Part shown: positions 29,301 through 39,842 of the stretch, piece after piece
Position numbering within the stretch: position 1 is the stretch's first letter
How the letters are laid out: the number at the start of each line of letters is the position of its first letter
Origin: Candidatus Nomurabacteria bacterium
GTDB taxonomy: Bacteria > Patescibacteriota > Minisyncoccia > Phycocordibacterales > UBA5272
Length of the DNA: 64,000 bases
Direction: 5' to 3'
Assembly: GCA_029288775.1 (NCBI GenBank)
Contig: JARIGQ010000001.1
Location: forward strand, 29,044 to 93,043
Made by a program: the position numbers and the translations under genes
The notes under the pieces: model-generated
What the model was told of the DNA's origin: nothing
Seen by the model: the letters and a program-made list of their open reading frames with translations, nothing else
Database searches by the model: none

Positions 29301-30374
29301 ATGAAGCAGAGACTTTTTATAACTGGGGGAGCGGGATATATAGGTGCCATGTTAGCGGATCAGCTTTCTAAGCGCGAAGATGTGGACGCTATTCTCCTTA
29401 TTGATAAGGAGAAAGAAACTGAGCTCACAAAGCACACTGAATATAAGGAAAAGATTACGTTTATTCACGATAACCTTGGCAACGATGAAAAGGAAAGTAA
29501 TTGGATGCAAAAGGTTCGCGAGTTTGCGCCCACGGTTATCATTCATACCGCATGGCAAATTCGGGATCTATATGGCAATCTTCCACTTCAACGTAAGTGG
29601 AATGTGATGGGCTCGGATCACGTATTTGATCTCTCCTTTACGCTTCCTTCGGTGCATCGTTTGGTTTATTTTTCGACAGTGGCATCGTATGGAGCTTTTC
29701 CAGACAATACGCTTTCCCATCGGTTTACCGAAAGTGAACCTTTTCGCAAAACAGACTATAACTACGCAGAAGAGAAGCGAATGGTGGAAGAACGTCTTGA
29801 AAAACGATATACGGAAGCTAAAAAGGATGGATGGCACGGACAAGTGTTCGTTGTGCGCCCTGCGGCTATTACTGGACCACGTGGAAGAGTTGATCGTATT
29901 CGTTTTGGTCTTCAGTCTGCACTCTCGGGGACGCTTAAAGGAAAATCTTTCATATACAGTATTATTTCCGCGCTCGTATCCTGGGTTCCAGTTACACCGA
30001 AGTGGCTCCGTCAGTATATTCATGAGGACGATGTAAATGACATTGTAGAGCTTCTTACGTTTGTTCCCGAAGTAAAGGATATGTACGAAGTGTTCAATAT
30101 TTGTCCGTCAGGGGAGGTGGTGCTTGGAAAAGATATGGCTCAGGCCGTAGGAAAGCGTATGCTCCCGATTCAACCTTGGATGGCCCGAGTAGCTTTCTTC
30201 TTTTTTTGGCATGTAACTCGCGGAAAGATTCCTACATCCCGGGGTTCATGGAAGGGATATTCGTATCCAATTGCTGTTGATGGCTCAAAGCTTACTCAGA
30301 TGTTCGGGTATCACTATAAATATCCCTCAAAAGAGGCTTTTGTGAAGTATATTGGGCGCTATGCCAAAAAGTAG
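29301..30374 (+). CDS. NAD-dependent epimerase/dehydratase
   Basis: ITGGAGYIG, YAEEK (YxxxK), YIHEDDV. Confidence 0.88.
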   Translation: MKQRLFITGGAGYIGAMLADQLSKREDVDAILLIDKEKETELTKHTEYKEKITFIHDNLGNDEKESNWMQKVREFAPTVIIHTAWQIRDLYGNLPLQRKWNVMGSDHVFDLSFTLPSVHRLVYFSTVASYGAFPDNTLSHRFTESEPFRKTDYNYAEEKRMVEERLEKRYTEAKKDGWHGQVFVVRPAAITGPRGRVDRIRFGLQSALSGTLKGKSFIYSIISALVSWVPVTPKWLRQYIHEDDVNDIVELLTFVPEVKDMYEVFNICPSGEVVLGKDMAQAVGKRMLPIQPWMARVAFFFFWHVTRGKIPTSRGSWKGYSYPIAVDGSKLTQMFGYHYKYPSKEAFVKYIGRYAKK

Positions 30375-30420
30375 AGAGGGGTTGATAAACGCTTCAAATT
30401 AGGGTATAATTGTACCCACT

Positions 30421-31059
30421 ATGACAACATCCAAGCTTACGATTACGGCGACGTCCCGCGCCCCTAAGGAGACCAAAAAAGAAGGTTTCATTCCAGCTGT
30501 GTACTACGGTTCTCATGCCGCATCTACACCAATTTTTATTGATGCAATTGAATTTAAGAAAGTACTTGCCGGCGCCGGTGAATCAAGTTCTATCGAACTT
30601 GTTACTGAGTCAGGGCACGAGAATGCCATGATTCAGGACGTGCAGTTTGATCCAGTAAAAGGCATGCCAATTCACGCTGACTTTTATGTCATCGAAAAGG
30701 GTCAGAAAGTACACGTAAAAACTCCTATTGAATTTGTTGGTGAATCACAAGCGGTGAAGGAAGGAGGTATTCTCGTAAAGGTAATGCATGAACTTTCTAT
30801 CGAAGGTGAACCAAACAAGCTCCCGGTTCATTTTGAAGTTGATATTTCTAAGCTTGTGACGAAAGAAGATGTCATTAAGGTTTCAGATATTGTGCTTCCT
30901 CCAGGGGTCGCGCTTTATCATATTACGGAGGATGAAATCGTTGCTTCTATTACTGAAGCTAAGGAGGAATCTGAAGAAGCGACTCCAGTAGACTTGTCTG
31001 CTATTGAAGTCGAGCAAAAGGGTAAGAAGGAAGAAGAAGGGGAAGCCGCTGCAGAATAA
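30421..31059 (+). CDS. rplY: 50S ribosomal protein L25/Ctc
   Basis: IPAVYYG, DVQFDPV...HADF, C-terminal TL5 domain. Confidence 0.93.
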   Translation: MTTSKLTITATSRAPKETKKEGFIPAVYYGSHAASTPIFIDAIEFKKVLAGAGESSSIELVTESGHENAMIQDVQFDPVKGMPIHADFYVIEKGQKVHVKTPIEFVGESQAVKEGGILVKVMHELSIEGEPNKLPVHFEVDISKLVTKEDVIKVSDIVLPPGVALYHITEDEIVASITEAKEESEEATPVDLSAIEVEQKGKKEEEGEAAAE

Positions 31060-31111
31060 TAATGAAAACAAAATCGTCACATAAGGTGGCGATTTTTGTT
31101 ATACTTTATAT

Positions 31112-32479
31112 ATGAAACGTTTTATGGCTTTTGTTGTTGCCGTATTTCTGATCGGAACAACATTACTGCCTCTTTTGAATGTGCATGCTCAAACGGCGCC
31201 TACCGAATCTCGCGAACAGCTTGAGCAGGAGCTTGCCGATCTTGAAGCGCAAATCAAAGCATTGAATGGTTCCATTGCTCAAACTCAAGCACAAAAAGAC
31301 TCTTTGGCGCGCGATATTAAGCTGCTTAGTCAAAAGATTGATCAAAGCAAACTTAAAATCAAGCAGCATGATGCTGCTATTGGTCAGCTGACTAAAAATA
31401 TTACCGCAAAGAATAAGAGTATAAATGCGCTCAGTGCCAAAATGGATCGTGAAAAAGACTCTCTTGCTCAGATTATGAGAAAGACGGCATATATGGACCA
31501 ATATTCTTTGGTGGATTTTGGTTTGCAGTCGCAATCACTCTCCACGTTCTTTTCGGATGTAGATTCTTTTTCCACGTTAGATCGCGCACTTAATCAAAGC
31601 TTTGCAGACATACGCGCCACTTCCGCGGAGCTTGAAGAGGCAAAGAGTGATCTTGAACAGGCAAAAGACGATGAGACGCAACAAAAGCTTGCTCAAGAAG
31701 CAGAAAAGAAAAAAATAGAGAGCAATCAACAAGAAAAGAATACACTGCTTACTATTACCAACAATCAAGAAGCAGAATATAAGAAAACACTTGCTACTCG
31801 CCAAGCCGAAGCTGCAAAAATTCGAGCCCGACTATTTGATCTGCGTGACGCCACTGCTATTTCTTTTGGAGACGCATATGATCTTTCCGTACAAGCGTCT
31901 CAGTCCACCGGAGTTCGGCCTGCGCTTATTCTCGCTATCCTTATGCAGGAATCCTCTTTGGGACAGAACGTAGGCTCTTGTTACCTTCGTGACTATAATA
32001 CTGGAGACGGTATTTCCATTAAAACCGGTGCTTCTAAGCCACGTACCATGAGTCCTACGCGGGATGTACCAGTGTTTTTGACGCTCATGCAACAGCTTAA
32101 TCGTGATCCGCAAGGTACGCCGGTTTCATGTTGGATCGCGGCATACAGTGGAGGGCAACCATCCGGATGGGGAGGGGCTATGGGGCCAACTCAATTTATT
32201 CCTTCAACCTGGAAACTCTTTATGAATCGTATTATGGCTGTTACGGGAAAATCCTATGCAGACCCATGGAGTCCACGAGATGCTATTACGGCGACAGCTC
32301 TTTACTTGAAGGATTTAGGGGCGGTTTCGGGAAATGAAGCTTCAGAGCGCAATGCTGCGTGTAAATATTATTCGGGTAGATCGTGCGCCTCATCGTCTGC
32401 AGGGGCTGGCTATGGTAATTCCGTAATGCAAAAGATGTATAGCATGCAAAACGACATCGACAAGTTGAATCAGCAATAA
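31112..32479 (+). CDS. Secreted coiled-coil (PcsB-like) lytic murein transglycosylase
   Basis: Signal peptide, long coiled coil, QESSLG, GAMGPTQFIPSTW. Confidence 0.85.
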   Translation: MKRFMAFVVAVFLIGTTLLPLLNVHAQTAPTESREQLEQELADLEAQIKALNGSIAQTQAQKDSLARDIKLLSQKIDQSKLKIKQHDAAIGQLTKNITAKNKSINALSAKMDREKDSLAQIMRKTAYMDQYSLVDFGLQSQSLSTFFSDVDSFSTLDRALNQSFADIRATSAELEEAKSDLEQAKDDETQQKLAQEAEKKKIESNQQEKNTLLTITNNQEAEYKKTLATRQAEAAKIRARLFDLRDATAISFGDAYDLSVQASQSTGVRPALILAILMQESSLGQNVGSCYLRDYNTGDGISIKTGASKPRTMSPTRDVPVFLTLMQQLNRDPQGTPVSCWIAAYSGGQPSGWGGAMGPTQFIPSTWKLFMNRIMAVTGKSYADPWSPRDAITATALYLKDLGAVSGNEASERNAACKYYSGRSCASSSAGAGYGNSVMQKMYSMQNDIDKLNQQ

Positions 32480-32637
32480 AATGCGAATCTGCTTTGTCGC
32501 TACAGGATTTTCCTTAGTCACCCTAGAAATACCTAAGTTTCCTTCGTAACATCCTCAGGCTTTGCGCAGCTTCATTAATTTCCGGCTGGTTAAAATGAGG
32601 TTGCATTTTGGTAAAATTCGTGGTAGAATCGTTAATT

Positions 32638-32850
32638 ATGAAAGCAGACATCCATCCAGAATACTTTGCTAACGCTATCGCAACATGTGCATGTGGAGCA
32701 ACATACGTTGTAGGTTCAACCAAGGAAAATATAGAGGTTGAAATCTGTTCAGCGTGCCATCCTTTCTATACAGGACAGGAAAAGGTGCTTGACTCAACAG
32801 GACGTGTGGATCGTTTCAAGAAGCGCGCCGCTTCTGCAAAGAAGGCGTAA
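32638..32850 (+). CDS. rpmE: 50S ribosomal protein L31 (Zn-binding type)
   Basis: MKADIHPEY, CACG, CSACHPFYTG, GRVDRF. Confidence 0.97.
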   Translation: MKADIHPEYFANAIATCACGATYVVGSTKENIEVEICSACHPFYTGQEKVLDSTGRVDRFKKRAASAKKA

Positions 32851-32925
32851 CCTTAAAAAGCGCGAAGAACCAGTCGGTTCTTCGCGCTTTTTCTATGCTA
32901 CAATTTTCGCACACCTATACTTCTT

Positions 32926-33897
32926 ATGACGTTTGAAGAGTTCAAAGAAAATCCGCGCACGATGTATACCGCTCAAGAATATGAGCGTCTGTTGAAGGCA
33001 AAAGAAGAAGCGCAAGAAATGCTTGCGGATGCGTCTATGGCAGAACTTGCCCAGTCCGAAATTGATGCCTTAACACCCCAGCTTGAATCGCTATGGAAGC
33101 AAATGGAAGAAACAGCTGAGGCTGCCAAGGAGGAAGAGGCCAAGCCAAAGAGTTTGATTTTAGAAATTCAGGGCGGTGCAGGAGGAGATGAGTCGACGCT
33201 TTTTGCCGCGGAACTTGCGCGCATGTATCAAGGGTACGCGGAACAGAAAAATTGGTCTTGGACCAAGCTTGATGAATCTGTCTCCGATGTTGGTGGATAT
33301 AAGGATGTGTCGTTTGAGGTGAAAGGAAAGGATGCCTATGACGCGCTTCGCTTTGAAACGGGTGTACATCGTGTGCAGCGTATTCCTGAGACCGAGAAGA
33401 ATGGCCGCGTACACACGTCAACTGTTACGGTTGCGGTAATGCCTATACGTACAGCCAAGAAAGTAGATATAAATCCGGCGGATTTGGAATTTGAAACTTC
33501 ACGATCAGGTGGAAAAGGGGGGCAGAACGTAAACAAAGTAGAAACTGCTGTACGTGTGATTCATAAACCAACGGGCCTTGCGGTACGTTGTACGATGGAA
33601 CGATCTCAATTGAAGAACAAAGAGCGTGCACTTGAAATGCTTCAAGCCCGCCTGGATCAAATGGCTCAAGAAGAAGATGATAAAAAGCATGCTTCCGAAA
33701 AGAAAGCGCAAGTTGGTACAGGTGATCGGTCGGAAAAGATTCGTACCTATAACTTTCCGCAAGATCGGGTGACTGATCACCGCATCAGGCAATCATGGCA
33801 CGGAATACCTAAGATTTTGGAAGGGAACATCGGTCCTATTTTTGATGCACTTCAGAATTTTACAGGAGAGTTTGGAGATGTCAGCGACGAAGACTAA
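32926..33897 (+). CDS. prfA: Peptide chain release factor 1
   Basis: PET anticodon-mimic motif, GGQ, DRSEKIRTYNFPQDRVTDHR. Confidence 0.96.
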   Translation: MTFEEFKENPRTMYTAQEYERLLKAKEEAQEMLADASMAELAQSEIDALTPQLESLWKQMEETAEAAKEEEAKPKSLILEIQGGAGGDESTLFAAELARMYQGYAEQKNWSWTKLDESVSDVGGYKDVSFEVKGKDAYDALRFETGVHRVQRIPETEKNGRVHTSTVTVAVMPIRTAKKVDINPADLEFETSRSGGKGGQNVNKVETAVRVIHKPTGLAVRCTMERSQLKNKERALEMLQARLDQMAQEEDDKKHASEKKAQVGTGDRSEKIRTYNFPQDRVTDHRIRQSWHGIPKILEGNIGPIFDALQNFTGEFGDVSDED

Positions 33898-34249
33898 TAC
33901 TCGTATACATATTCACATCTCGTAATTGAAAAAGACTAGCGAGTTGTGGTATAGTTTACGTCCGTCTTGTACGTACAGGACGGAAAAGATAAGCTGCGCA
34001 AGCACTGGAATCGATGCTCGGGTACTGCCCACCTTTCCCATATATATGGAAAATCTGGAGAGTATCTGTTTGCAAAAAGGAAAGTGCTTGCTTTGTTTTT
34101 CTTGTATGGTGCTGTGCACGGCATCATGTGTATACACAAATCTTCTAGATGTTCTTTTACGAAAAACCCCTTTTAGGTGGGGTTTTTCGTTTGAGAGGAC
34201 TGCCCCTTTGAGTGCTTCACAAAGCTTATTTTTCGTGCTATAATTGTAT

Positions 34250-34362
34250 ACATACATCCAATCGGGCACATCAGGATTTGGACACCTGAGCACTCACGCC
34301 GAAGCACATGGAAGCGTAGGAAACATCCTACTTTGAGGGCGATTGAGTTGTGGCACGAGGCA
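34250..34362 (+). promoter_or_regulatory. Possible structured rpsB leader (S2-regulated, t44-like)
   Basis: After TATAAT at 34238: caatcg/cgattg closing stem, tcagg/cctga and gtagga/tcctac hairpins; position upstream of rpsB. Confidence 0.4.
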
Positions 34363-34469
34363 AATGTTTTATTAAAATCTAGTAAAGAAGTAGTTTCAGT
34401 AATGAATAAATGCGGTAATGCGTTTTCTAAACCACTGAAATCTACTTTTTACTTAATCTACTATGCAAC

Positions 34470-35138
34470 ATGGCAATCACTAAAGAAGCCTTGGCACAGG
34501 CGGGCCTTCAGTATGGGTATTCTCGTACACGCCGTCATCCATCAGTAAAGCCTTTCATCGAAAGCAACCACAATGGTGTTGACTTTATCAACCTCGAGAA
34601 GACTGCAGAGCAGCTTGAACAGGCAACAGTATTTCTTAAGTCTGTACAAGGAGCAGGGAAGACTATCCTCTTTGTAGGAGTTAAGCCTGAAATCCGCCAA
34701 ATCATCAAGGAAGTGGCGCTTTCACTTGGCGCTCCATATATCGCTGAGCGATTCATCGGAGGTACACTTACTAACTTCCCACAAATGAAGAAGCGTATCG
34801 AGAAGCTTCATGATCTTTTGAAGAAGAAGGAAACAGGAGAACTTGCCGTGTACACTAAGAAGGAACAGCTTCTTATTCAGCGAGATATCGATCGTCTTGA
34901 TCGTGACTTTGGTGGTATCTCAGCACTTACTAATCTTCCGGCTGCAATCGTTATCGTTGATCCACGTCATGAAGATATGTGCGTGAAGGAAGCAAAGCGT
35001 CTTCATATTCCTGTGGTTGCGCTTGCAAACACAGACTGTACACTGGAAGGTATCGAGTATCCAATTGTCGGCAATGATGGATCGGTAGGCGCCGTGCGCT
35101 TTGTGCTCGAAAGCTTAAAAGATGCCCTTCAGGCATAA
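34470..35138 (+). CDS. rpsB: 30S ribosomal protein S2
   Basis: ILFVG.K, ERFIGGTLTNF, NTDC, YPIVGND. Confidence 0.96.
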   Translation: MAITKEALAQAGLQYGYSRTRRHPSVKPFIESNHNGVDFINLEKTAEQLEQATVFLKSVQGAGKTILFVGVKPEIRQIIKEVALSLGAPYIAERFIGGTLTNFPQMKKRIEKLHDLLKKKETGELAVYTKKEQLLIQRDIDRLDRDFGGISALTNLPAAIVIVDPRHEDMCVKEAKRLHIPVVALANTDCTLEGIEYPIVGNDGSVGAVRFVLESLKDALQA

Positions 35139-35175
35139 GTGTAGTAGTGTGTAACACTCTCTTGTAGTAATCAAT

Positions 35176-35631
35176 ATGGACACCATTAAAGAACTTCGTG
35201 AAGAAACTGGCCTCTCATTTGCGCAAATTAAAAAGGCGCTTGATGAAGCAGGTGGGGACAAAGATAAGGCGCGAGAAATCCTCTCGCAGTATTCGGCTGC
35301 TCAAGCTGAAAAGAAAAGTGACCGTGAGGTTGCGGCTGGAGTGGTTTCTGCATATGTGCATTCAACGGGCACCACAGGCGTGTTGCTCGAACTCGGTTGC
35401 GAAACTGATTTCGTGGCAAAGAACGAGGAATTCGTAGCACTTGCCAAAGATTTTGCCATGCATGTATGTGCAATGGCTCCGGAGACAGTAGAAGGAGAAG
35501 ACGAAACCGCGCTTCTTAAGCAGACCTTTATTAAGGATGGTTCAATGACCGTAGAAGGTCGTCTTCAGGCAGCAATTCAAAAGTTCGGCGAGAATATCAA
35601 GATCATTAAATTTATCCGCTACAGCATATAA
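35176..35631 (+). CDS. tsf: Elongation factor Ts (short form)
   Basis: IKELREETG, ELGCETDFVA, GENIKI; follows rpsB. Confidence 0.93.
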   Translation: MDTIKELREETGLSFAQIKKALDEAGGDKDKAREILSQYSAAQAEKKSDREVAAGVVSAYVHSTGTTGVLLELGCETDFVAKNEEFVALAKDFAMHVCAMAPETVEGEDETALLKQTFIKDGSMTVEGRLQAAIQKFGENIKIIKFIRYSI

Positions 35632-35644
35632 GCGGACAATTACC

Positions 35645-36040
35645 ATGCTAGTACTCCTCTTAGTAATATGTGGACTGCTAGCCGCACTGCTTGCGGGTTC
35701 TATTCTCGTCTATCAGCGCTATCGTATTACGAGAGGCATGATTGAGTATAACCCTCACTACAATGGTCCAGGGGATGTATCGCTTACGCTTCTAGCTATC
35801 ATTCGGTACGGACTTAAGCGAAGCGTGCAAATGCGAAGATTTCTTCTGCAGTATCTCGCTCATATTGCGGTTCGTGTGATGTACTATACCGATAAGTTCA
35901 CAGCTTATATGTATTCCAAATCACGCAATTGGTTTGTGAAAAACGCCGTGCGCAATCGAGGAACAGTGCCCCATTTCTGGGAACATTTAAAAGTATATAA
36001 ACAGGAAATGGACAGGGAACGAGCCGAAGAAGAAATGTAA
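35645..36040 (+). CDS. Hypothetical membrane-anchored protein
   Basis: N-terminal TM, operonic with tsf, terminator at 36047-36083. Confidence 0.65.
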   Translation: MLVLLLVICGLLAALLAGSILVYQRYRITRGMIEYNPHYNGPGDVSLTLLAIIRYGLKRSVQMRRFLLQYLAHIAVRVMYYTDKFTAYMYSKSRNWFVKNAVRNRGTVPHFWEHLKVYKQEMDRERAEEEM

Positions 36041-36144
36041 CAGTAAAGTAAAAACCGCCTTGGCAATGAGGCGGTTTTTACTTGCAGTGTCTAATGACAA
36101 ACAGAGGTTAATATGGTAGGATAATACCTACGCTATAAATAAAA

Positions 36145-36220
36145 GCCAGAATAGCTCAGTTGGTAGAGCAACGGTTTTGTAAACCGTAGGTCCTCGGTTC
36201 GAGCCCGAGTTCTGGCTCCA
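36145..36220 (+). tRNA. tRNA-Thr(TGT)
   Basis: Cloverleaf; acggt-tt-TGT-aa-accgt; CCA encoded. Confidence 0.97.
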
Positions 36221-36227
36221 GAAACGT

Positions 36228-36923
36228 ATGATAGATACTCGAAAATACATCTTTACGTTTGTACTTACTGTGGCTATCTTTGCTACTGCATTTTTCGCCT
36301 CTTCCTTTTTCTCAGAAAAGAAAGTACAAACCGTTAAACAAATTCAAGACAATATCGCTATCGACATCACTTCTTCTGAAACGCAGTTTGATCTCTTGAA
36401 AGAGGTGCCGTGCTCGGACATTAATGAAAGCATGCTCTCTCCTCAACTTTCAGAAATCGGGGACAGATTATCTCGAACGGAGACTGATCGTGGAGCAAAG
36501 GATGCAGATGTGGTGTATTTAAAGAAATACTACTCTCTTCTTGAGGTGAAGGATTATTTGCTTTCCAGGCAGTTTGTAGCGAAGTGTGGCCAAACCAAGA
36601 AGCCGGTTTCTATTATTTATTTCTATTCTAATACGGGAGATTGTCCAGATTGTGAACGTGAAGGATATGTATTAACTCGCCTCAAGCAAGAGTATCCAGA
36701 TCTCCATGTATATTCTTTTGATTATAATCTTGATCTCTCGGTGGTAGATTCGATGAAGCAGATTTACAATATTCCTTCTGCTTTGCCTGCTCTTGTTATC
36801 AATGACAAAGCAACTACCGGTTTCAAATCTCTTGAGGAGCTTGACGCGCTTCTCCCTGATAGTCTCAAAGCGGCAACTTCTACATCTGTTACGGACGCAA
36901 CAACTACCAAAAAGACTAAATAG
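36228..36923 (+). CDS. Membrane-anchored thioredoxin-fold protein (CPDC)
   Basis: N-terminal TM, IIYFYS...CPDC, PALVIN cis-Pro motif. Confidence 0.7.
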   Translation: MIDTRKYIFTFVLTVAIFATAFFASSFFSEKKVQTVKQIQDNIAIDITSSETQFDLLKEVPCSDINESMLSPQLSEIGDRLSRTETDRGAKDADVVYLKKYYSLLEVKDYLLSRQFVAKCGQTKKPVSIIYFYSNTGDCPDCEREGYVLTRLKQEYPDLHVYSFDYNLDLSVVDSMKQIYNIPSALPALVINDKATTGFKSLEELDALLPDSLKAATSTSVTDATTTKKTK

Positions 36924-36938
36924 TCTTTCTTACAATCT

Positions 36939-38204
36939 ATGATAGAGCAAATTCTTTCAGCGCTCATGTATCCATTCCTTTTTCTTTCGATTTTTTTCGA
37001 AGTGCTTTTATTGGTTTCTTTTTTTGAAAACAAAAAGAAGATCGATGAGGAAGAGGAGGAATACCCGCTTACTCATTTTCCTACAGTAACCGTTGCGGTA
37101 CCGTGTTGGAATGAAGAAAGAACGCTTGCTGCCACACTCGATTCTTTGCTTGCATTGGAGTATCCAAAAGACAAGCTTTCCATTCTTGTAGTAGATGATG
37201 GCAGTCGTGATGCTACCCTTGCCATTGCTCAGAAATATGAAGCTCAGTATCCGGGCATTGTGTATGCACTTCATAAAGAAAATGGAGGAAAACATACTGC
37301 GGTAAATATGGCGCTTGATCGTTCCACTTCTGATCTTTTTGGTTGCTTGGATGCTGATTCATTTGTAGCTTCGCATACCCTTAAGAATATAGTTACGTAC
37401 TTTGAACGAGATCCGACGATTATGGCTGTAACTCCTTGTATACATATTAAGCATCCGACAACTTTTATCCAGCGCATGCAGGCCATTGAATACCTTGTCG
37501 GAGTATTCACTCGCAAAATGTTCGGCTCGCTTGATGCGATACAAGTAACACCTGGTCCATTTTCTATTTTTCGCAAAGAAGTGTTTCAGAAAATTGGTAA
37601 GTATCATAAGGCACATAATACGGAAGACTTTGAAATTACCTTGCGCATGCATAAGGCTCATTTGAGAATCGCTAACTCTCATAAGGCGCTTGTATATACG
37701 GTTGGTCCTGCAACAGCGAAAGGCTTTTTCTACCAGCGACTTAGGTGGGCTCGAGGATTCCTTGAAAATGCAATCGATTACCGTGAACTTTTTTTCAAAA
37801 AGGAATATGGTAACTTCGGCATGTTTACGCTCCCTATGGCATTTATGTTCGTCTTTTATGGTTTGTATGCTTCTATTTTTGCCATCTATTCGGGAATGAG
37901 GGCGTGGGGAAACACTTTTGATCGGTGGGCAACTGTTGGAATTCATCCCCGCATGCCACAATTTGATCTTTTTTATGTAAATACAAATTTTATGTCATTT
38001 ATTGTGATGTTTATGTTTACCATGCTCCTGCTGGTAATTTATATCTCCAATACCCTTACCGATGATCGGCAGCAGTTTTATCGTAACTTTCCCATATTTT
38101 TTATTCTTTATCCTTTTTTTGTTCCCATCTTTTTGGGTAAGGCTGTATTTGATACGCTGTTCAAACAGAAAAACCTGTGGGTGCTTCAGGACACCAAGAA
38201 ATAG
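36939..38204 (+). CDS. Processive GT2 glycosyltransferase (PgaC/IcaA/cellulose synthase-like)
   Basis: PCWNEE, DDGS, DADS, TED, QRLRW, C-terminal TMs. Confidence 0.92.
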   Translation: MIEQILSALMYPFLFLSIFFEVLLLVSFFENKKKIDEEEEEYPLTHFPTVTVAVPCWNEERTLAATLDSLLALEYPKDKLSILVVDDGSRDATLAIAQKYEAQYPGIVYALHKENGGKHTAVNMALDRSTSDLFGCLDADSFVASHTLKNIVTYFERDPTIMAVTPCIHIKHPTTFIQRMQAIEYLVGVFTRKMFGSLDAIQVTPGPFSIFRKEVFQKIGKYHKAHNTEDFEITLRMHKAHLRIANSHKALVYTVGPATAKGFFYQRLRWARGFLENAIDYRELFFKKEYGNFGMFTLPMAFMFVFYGLYASIFAIYSGMRAWGNTFDRWATVGIHPRMPQFDLFYVNTNFMSFIVMFMFTMLLLVIYISNTLTDDRQQFYRNFPIFFILYPFFVPIFLGKAVFDTLFKQKNLWVLQDTKK

Positions 38205-38235
38205 TAAGCGGAACCTCCTGTGATAGAATGATGGT

Positions 38236-39045
38236 ATGAACGGGCATTTTCACCCCATAACTAAGGCTATCGACAAGGTTGCGCGTATTTTTACCGAGAT
38301 TGGATTTGATGTTGTTGACGGCCCAGAAATTGAAAGCGAGTGGTACTGTTTTGATGCGCTTAATTTTCCTCGCAATCACCCAGCGCGAGACATGCAAGAT
38401 ACTTTTCATATCAAAGCAGAAACATTTGATCGCCCAAAAACAGAAAGCGAACAAAAATCTATGGAACGATTTGGAACTTTTAACTACGTGTTGCGAACAC
38501 ATACTTCTGGTGTCCAAGTTCGTACCATCGAAAAATGGATTAAAGAAAGGAGAGAATTTCCAATTGCAGTGGTGGTGCCTGGCCAAGTGTTTCGTAACGA
38601 AGCAACGGATGCTCGCCATGAAGCGCAGTTTTATCAAGTAGAAGGATTGATGGTTGGAAGGGATATAACACTTGCCCACCTCAAGGGCGTACTTGAACAT
38701 TATTTCTCCAAGTTTTTGGAAAAGGATATCAGAGTACGTTTCCGATCTTCTTTCTTTCCTTTTACAGAACCATCAGTGGAAGTCGATATGGAATGTTTCA
38801 AATGTGAAGGTAAGGGAGTTGTGGAGGGTGTACAGTGTTCGGTTTGTTCAGGTTCGGGGTGGATTGAGATTATGGGTGCGGGAATGGTACATCCTAATGT
38901 CCTTCAAAATGCAGGCCTTAATCCGCGTGAGTATCAAGGCTTTGCGTTTGGGGGAGGGCTTGATCGTCTTGTGATGCTCCAAACTGGTATTGATGATATA
39001 CGCCTGCTTTATAATGGAGACCTTCGGTTGGTACATCAATTCTAA
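38236..39045 (+). CDS. pheS: Phenylalanyl-tRNA synthetase alpha (lacks the N-terminal coiled coil)
   Basis: HPARDMQDTF, LRTHTS, FPFTEPS, CxxC/CxxC, GFAFG.GLDR. Confidence 0.97.
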   Translation: MNGHFHPITKAIDKVARIFTEIGFDVVDGPEIESEWYCFDALNFPRNHPARDMQDTFHIKAETFDRPKTESEQKSMERFGTFNYVLRTHTSGVQVRTIEKWIKERREFPIAVVVPGQVFRNEATDARHEAQFYQVEGLMVGRDITLAHLKGVLEHYFSKFLEKDIRVRFRSSFFPFTEPSVEVDMECFKCEGKGVVEGVQCSVCSGSGWIEIMGAGMVHPNVLQNAGLNPREYQGFAFGGGLDRLVMLQTGIDDIRLLYNGDLRLVHQF

Positions 39046-39048
39046 GAT

Positions 39049-39840
39049 ATGAACAAAAGTTATTTAGTTATCCTGAGTCTTTCTATCCTCGCTCTTATAG
39101 CGGTTGGGGTATATGTGTATGAGGGTCGCATGATACAAACTTCTCCTGCTGTCTCGGAAGCGACAGCATCAAGTACAGCTCAAGGAGTCCGTGTACAAGA
39201 GGATACGCCTGCATATACCATCGATATTACCTACCCTGCATTTCCTCAGGAGCTACATGGTGCATCAAAAGCAAATGAAGCCATAAAGAATAATCTCGAT
39301 CTTCGACTTGAACAGTTTAAGAAGGAAGCCAAGGAAAGTTTCGAAGCCCCGACTGATTTACCCGCTAGTGTGAAAAGTACAATGGGTGGCAGTCCTACAA
39401 CCGAATATGAAACCGATAGGTATATTTCTTTGTATTTCGGGGGCAATTGGTATATGCGAGGAGCTGCTCATGGTATGAATACGATTGATACCTACGTCTT
39501 CGATAAAAAGCTGGAGAAAGTTGTTGATATTACTGACATGTTTACACCTGGAAGTGGTTATTTGCAATTTCTTTCCACCTACGCTCGCCAGGATTTAGAA
39601 GCACAATCCAAAAAGGGGGATTTAGGACTTACCTATAACGAAAACATGCTTAAAGAAGGAACTGAAGGAACATTTGATAATTTTCGTCTTGCGCTTCCCA
39701 CTAAGGATGGGCTCGTGATTTATTTTACGGAATATCAAGTCGCTCCGTATGCTGCCGGTCCGCAACAGGTTGTAATACCATATGAAAAGTTAAAGCCGTA
39801 TATTAATCCTGAGGGAGCGCTTGCTGACTATCTTAAATAA
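39049..39840 (+). CDS. RsiV-like (DUF4163/DUF3298) membrane-anchored protein
   Basis: GAAHG, LVIYFTEYQVAPYAAG..VVIPY. Confidence 0.85.
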   Translation: MNKSYLVILSLSILALIAVGVYVYEGRMIQTSPAVSEATASSTAQGVRVQEDTPAYTIDITYPAFPQELHGASKANEAIKNNLDLRLEQFKKEAKESFEAPTDLPASVKSTMGGSPTTEYETDRYISLYFGGNWYMRGAAHGMNTIDTYVFDKKLEKVVDITDMFTPGSGYLQFLSTYARQDLEAQSKKGDLGLTYNENMLKEGTEGTFDNFRLALPTKDGLVIYFTEYQVAPYAAGPQQVVIPYEKLKPYINPEGALADYLK

Positions 39841-39842
39841 GT

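Noticed and set aside
35176-39045. Short EF-Ts and N-terminally short PheS as pseudogenes
   Set aside because: Catalytic motifs are intact and there is no room or remnant for the missing parts; consistent with streamlined forms
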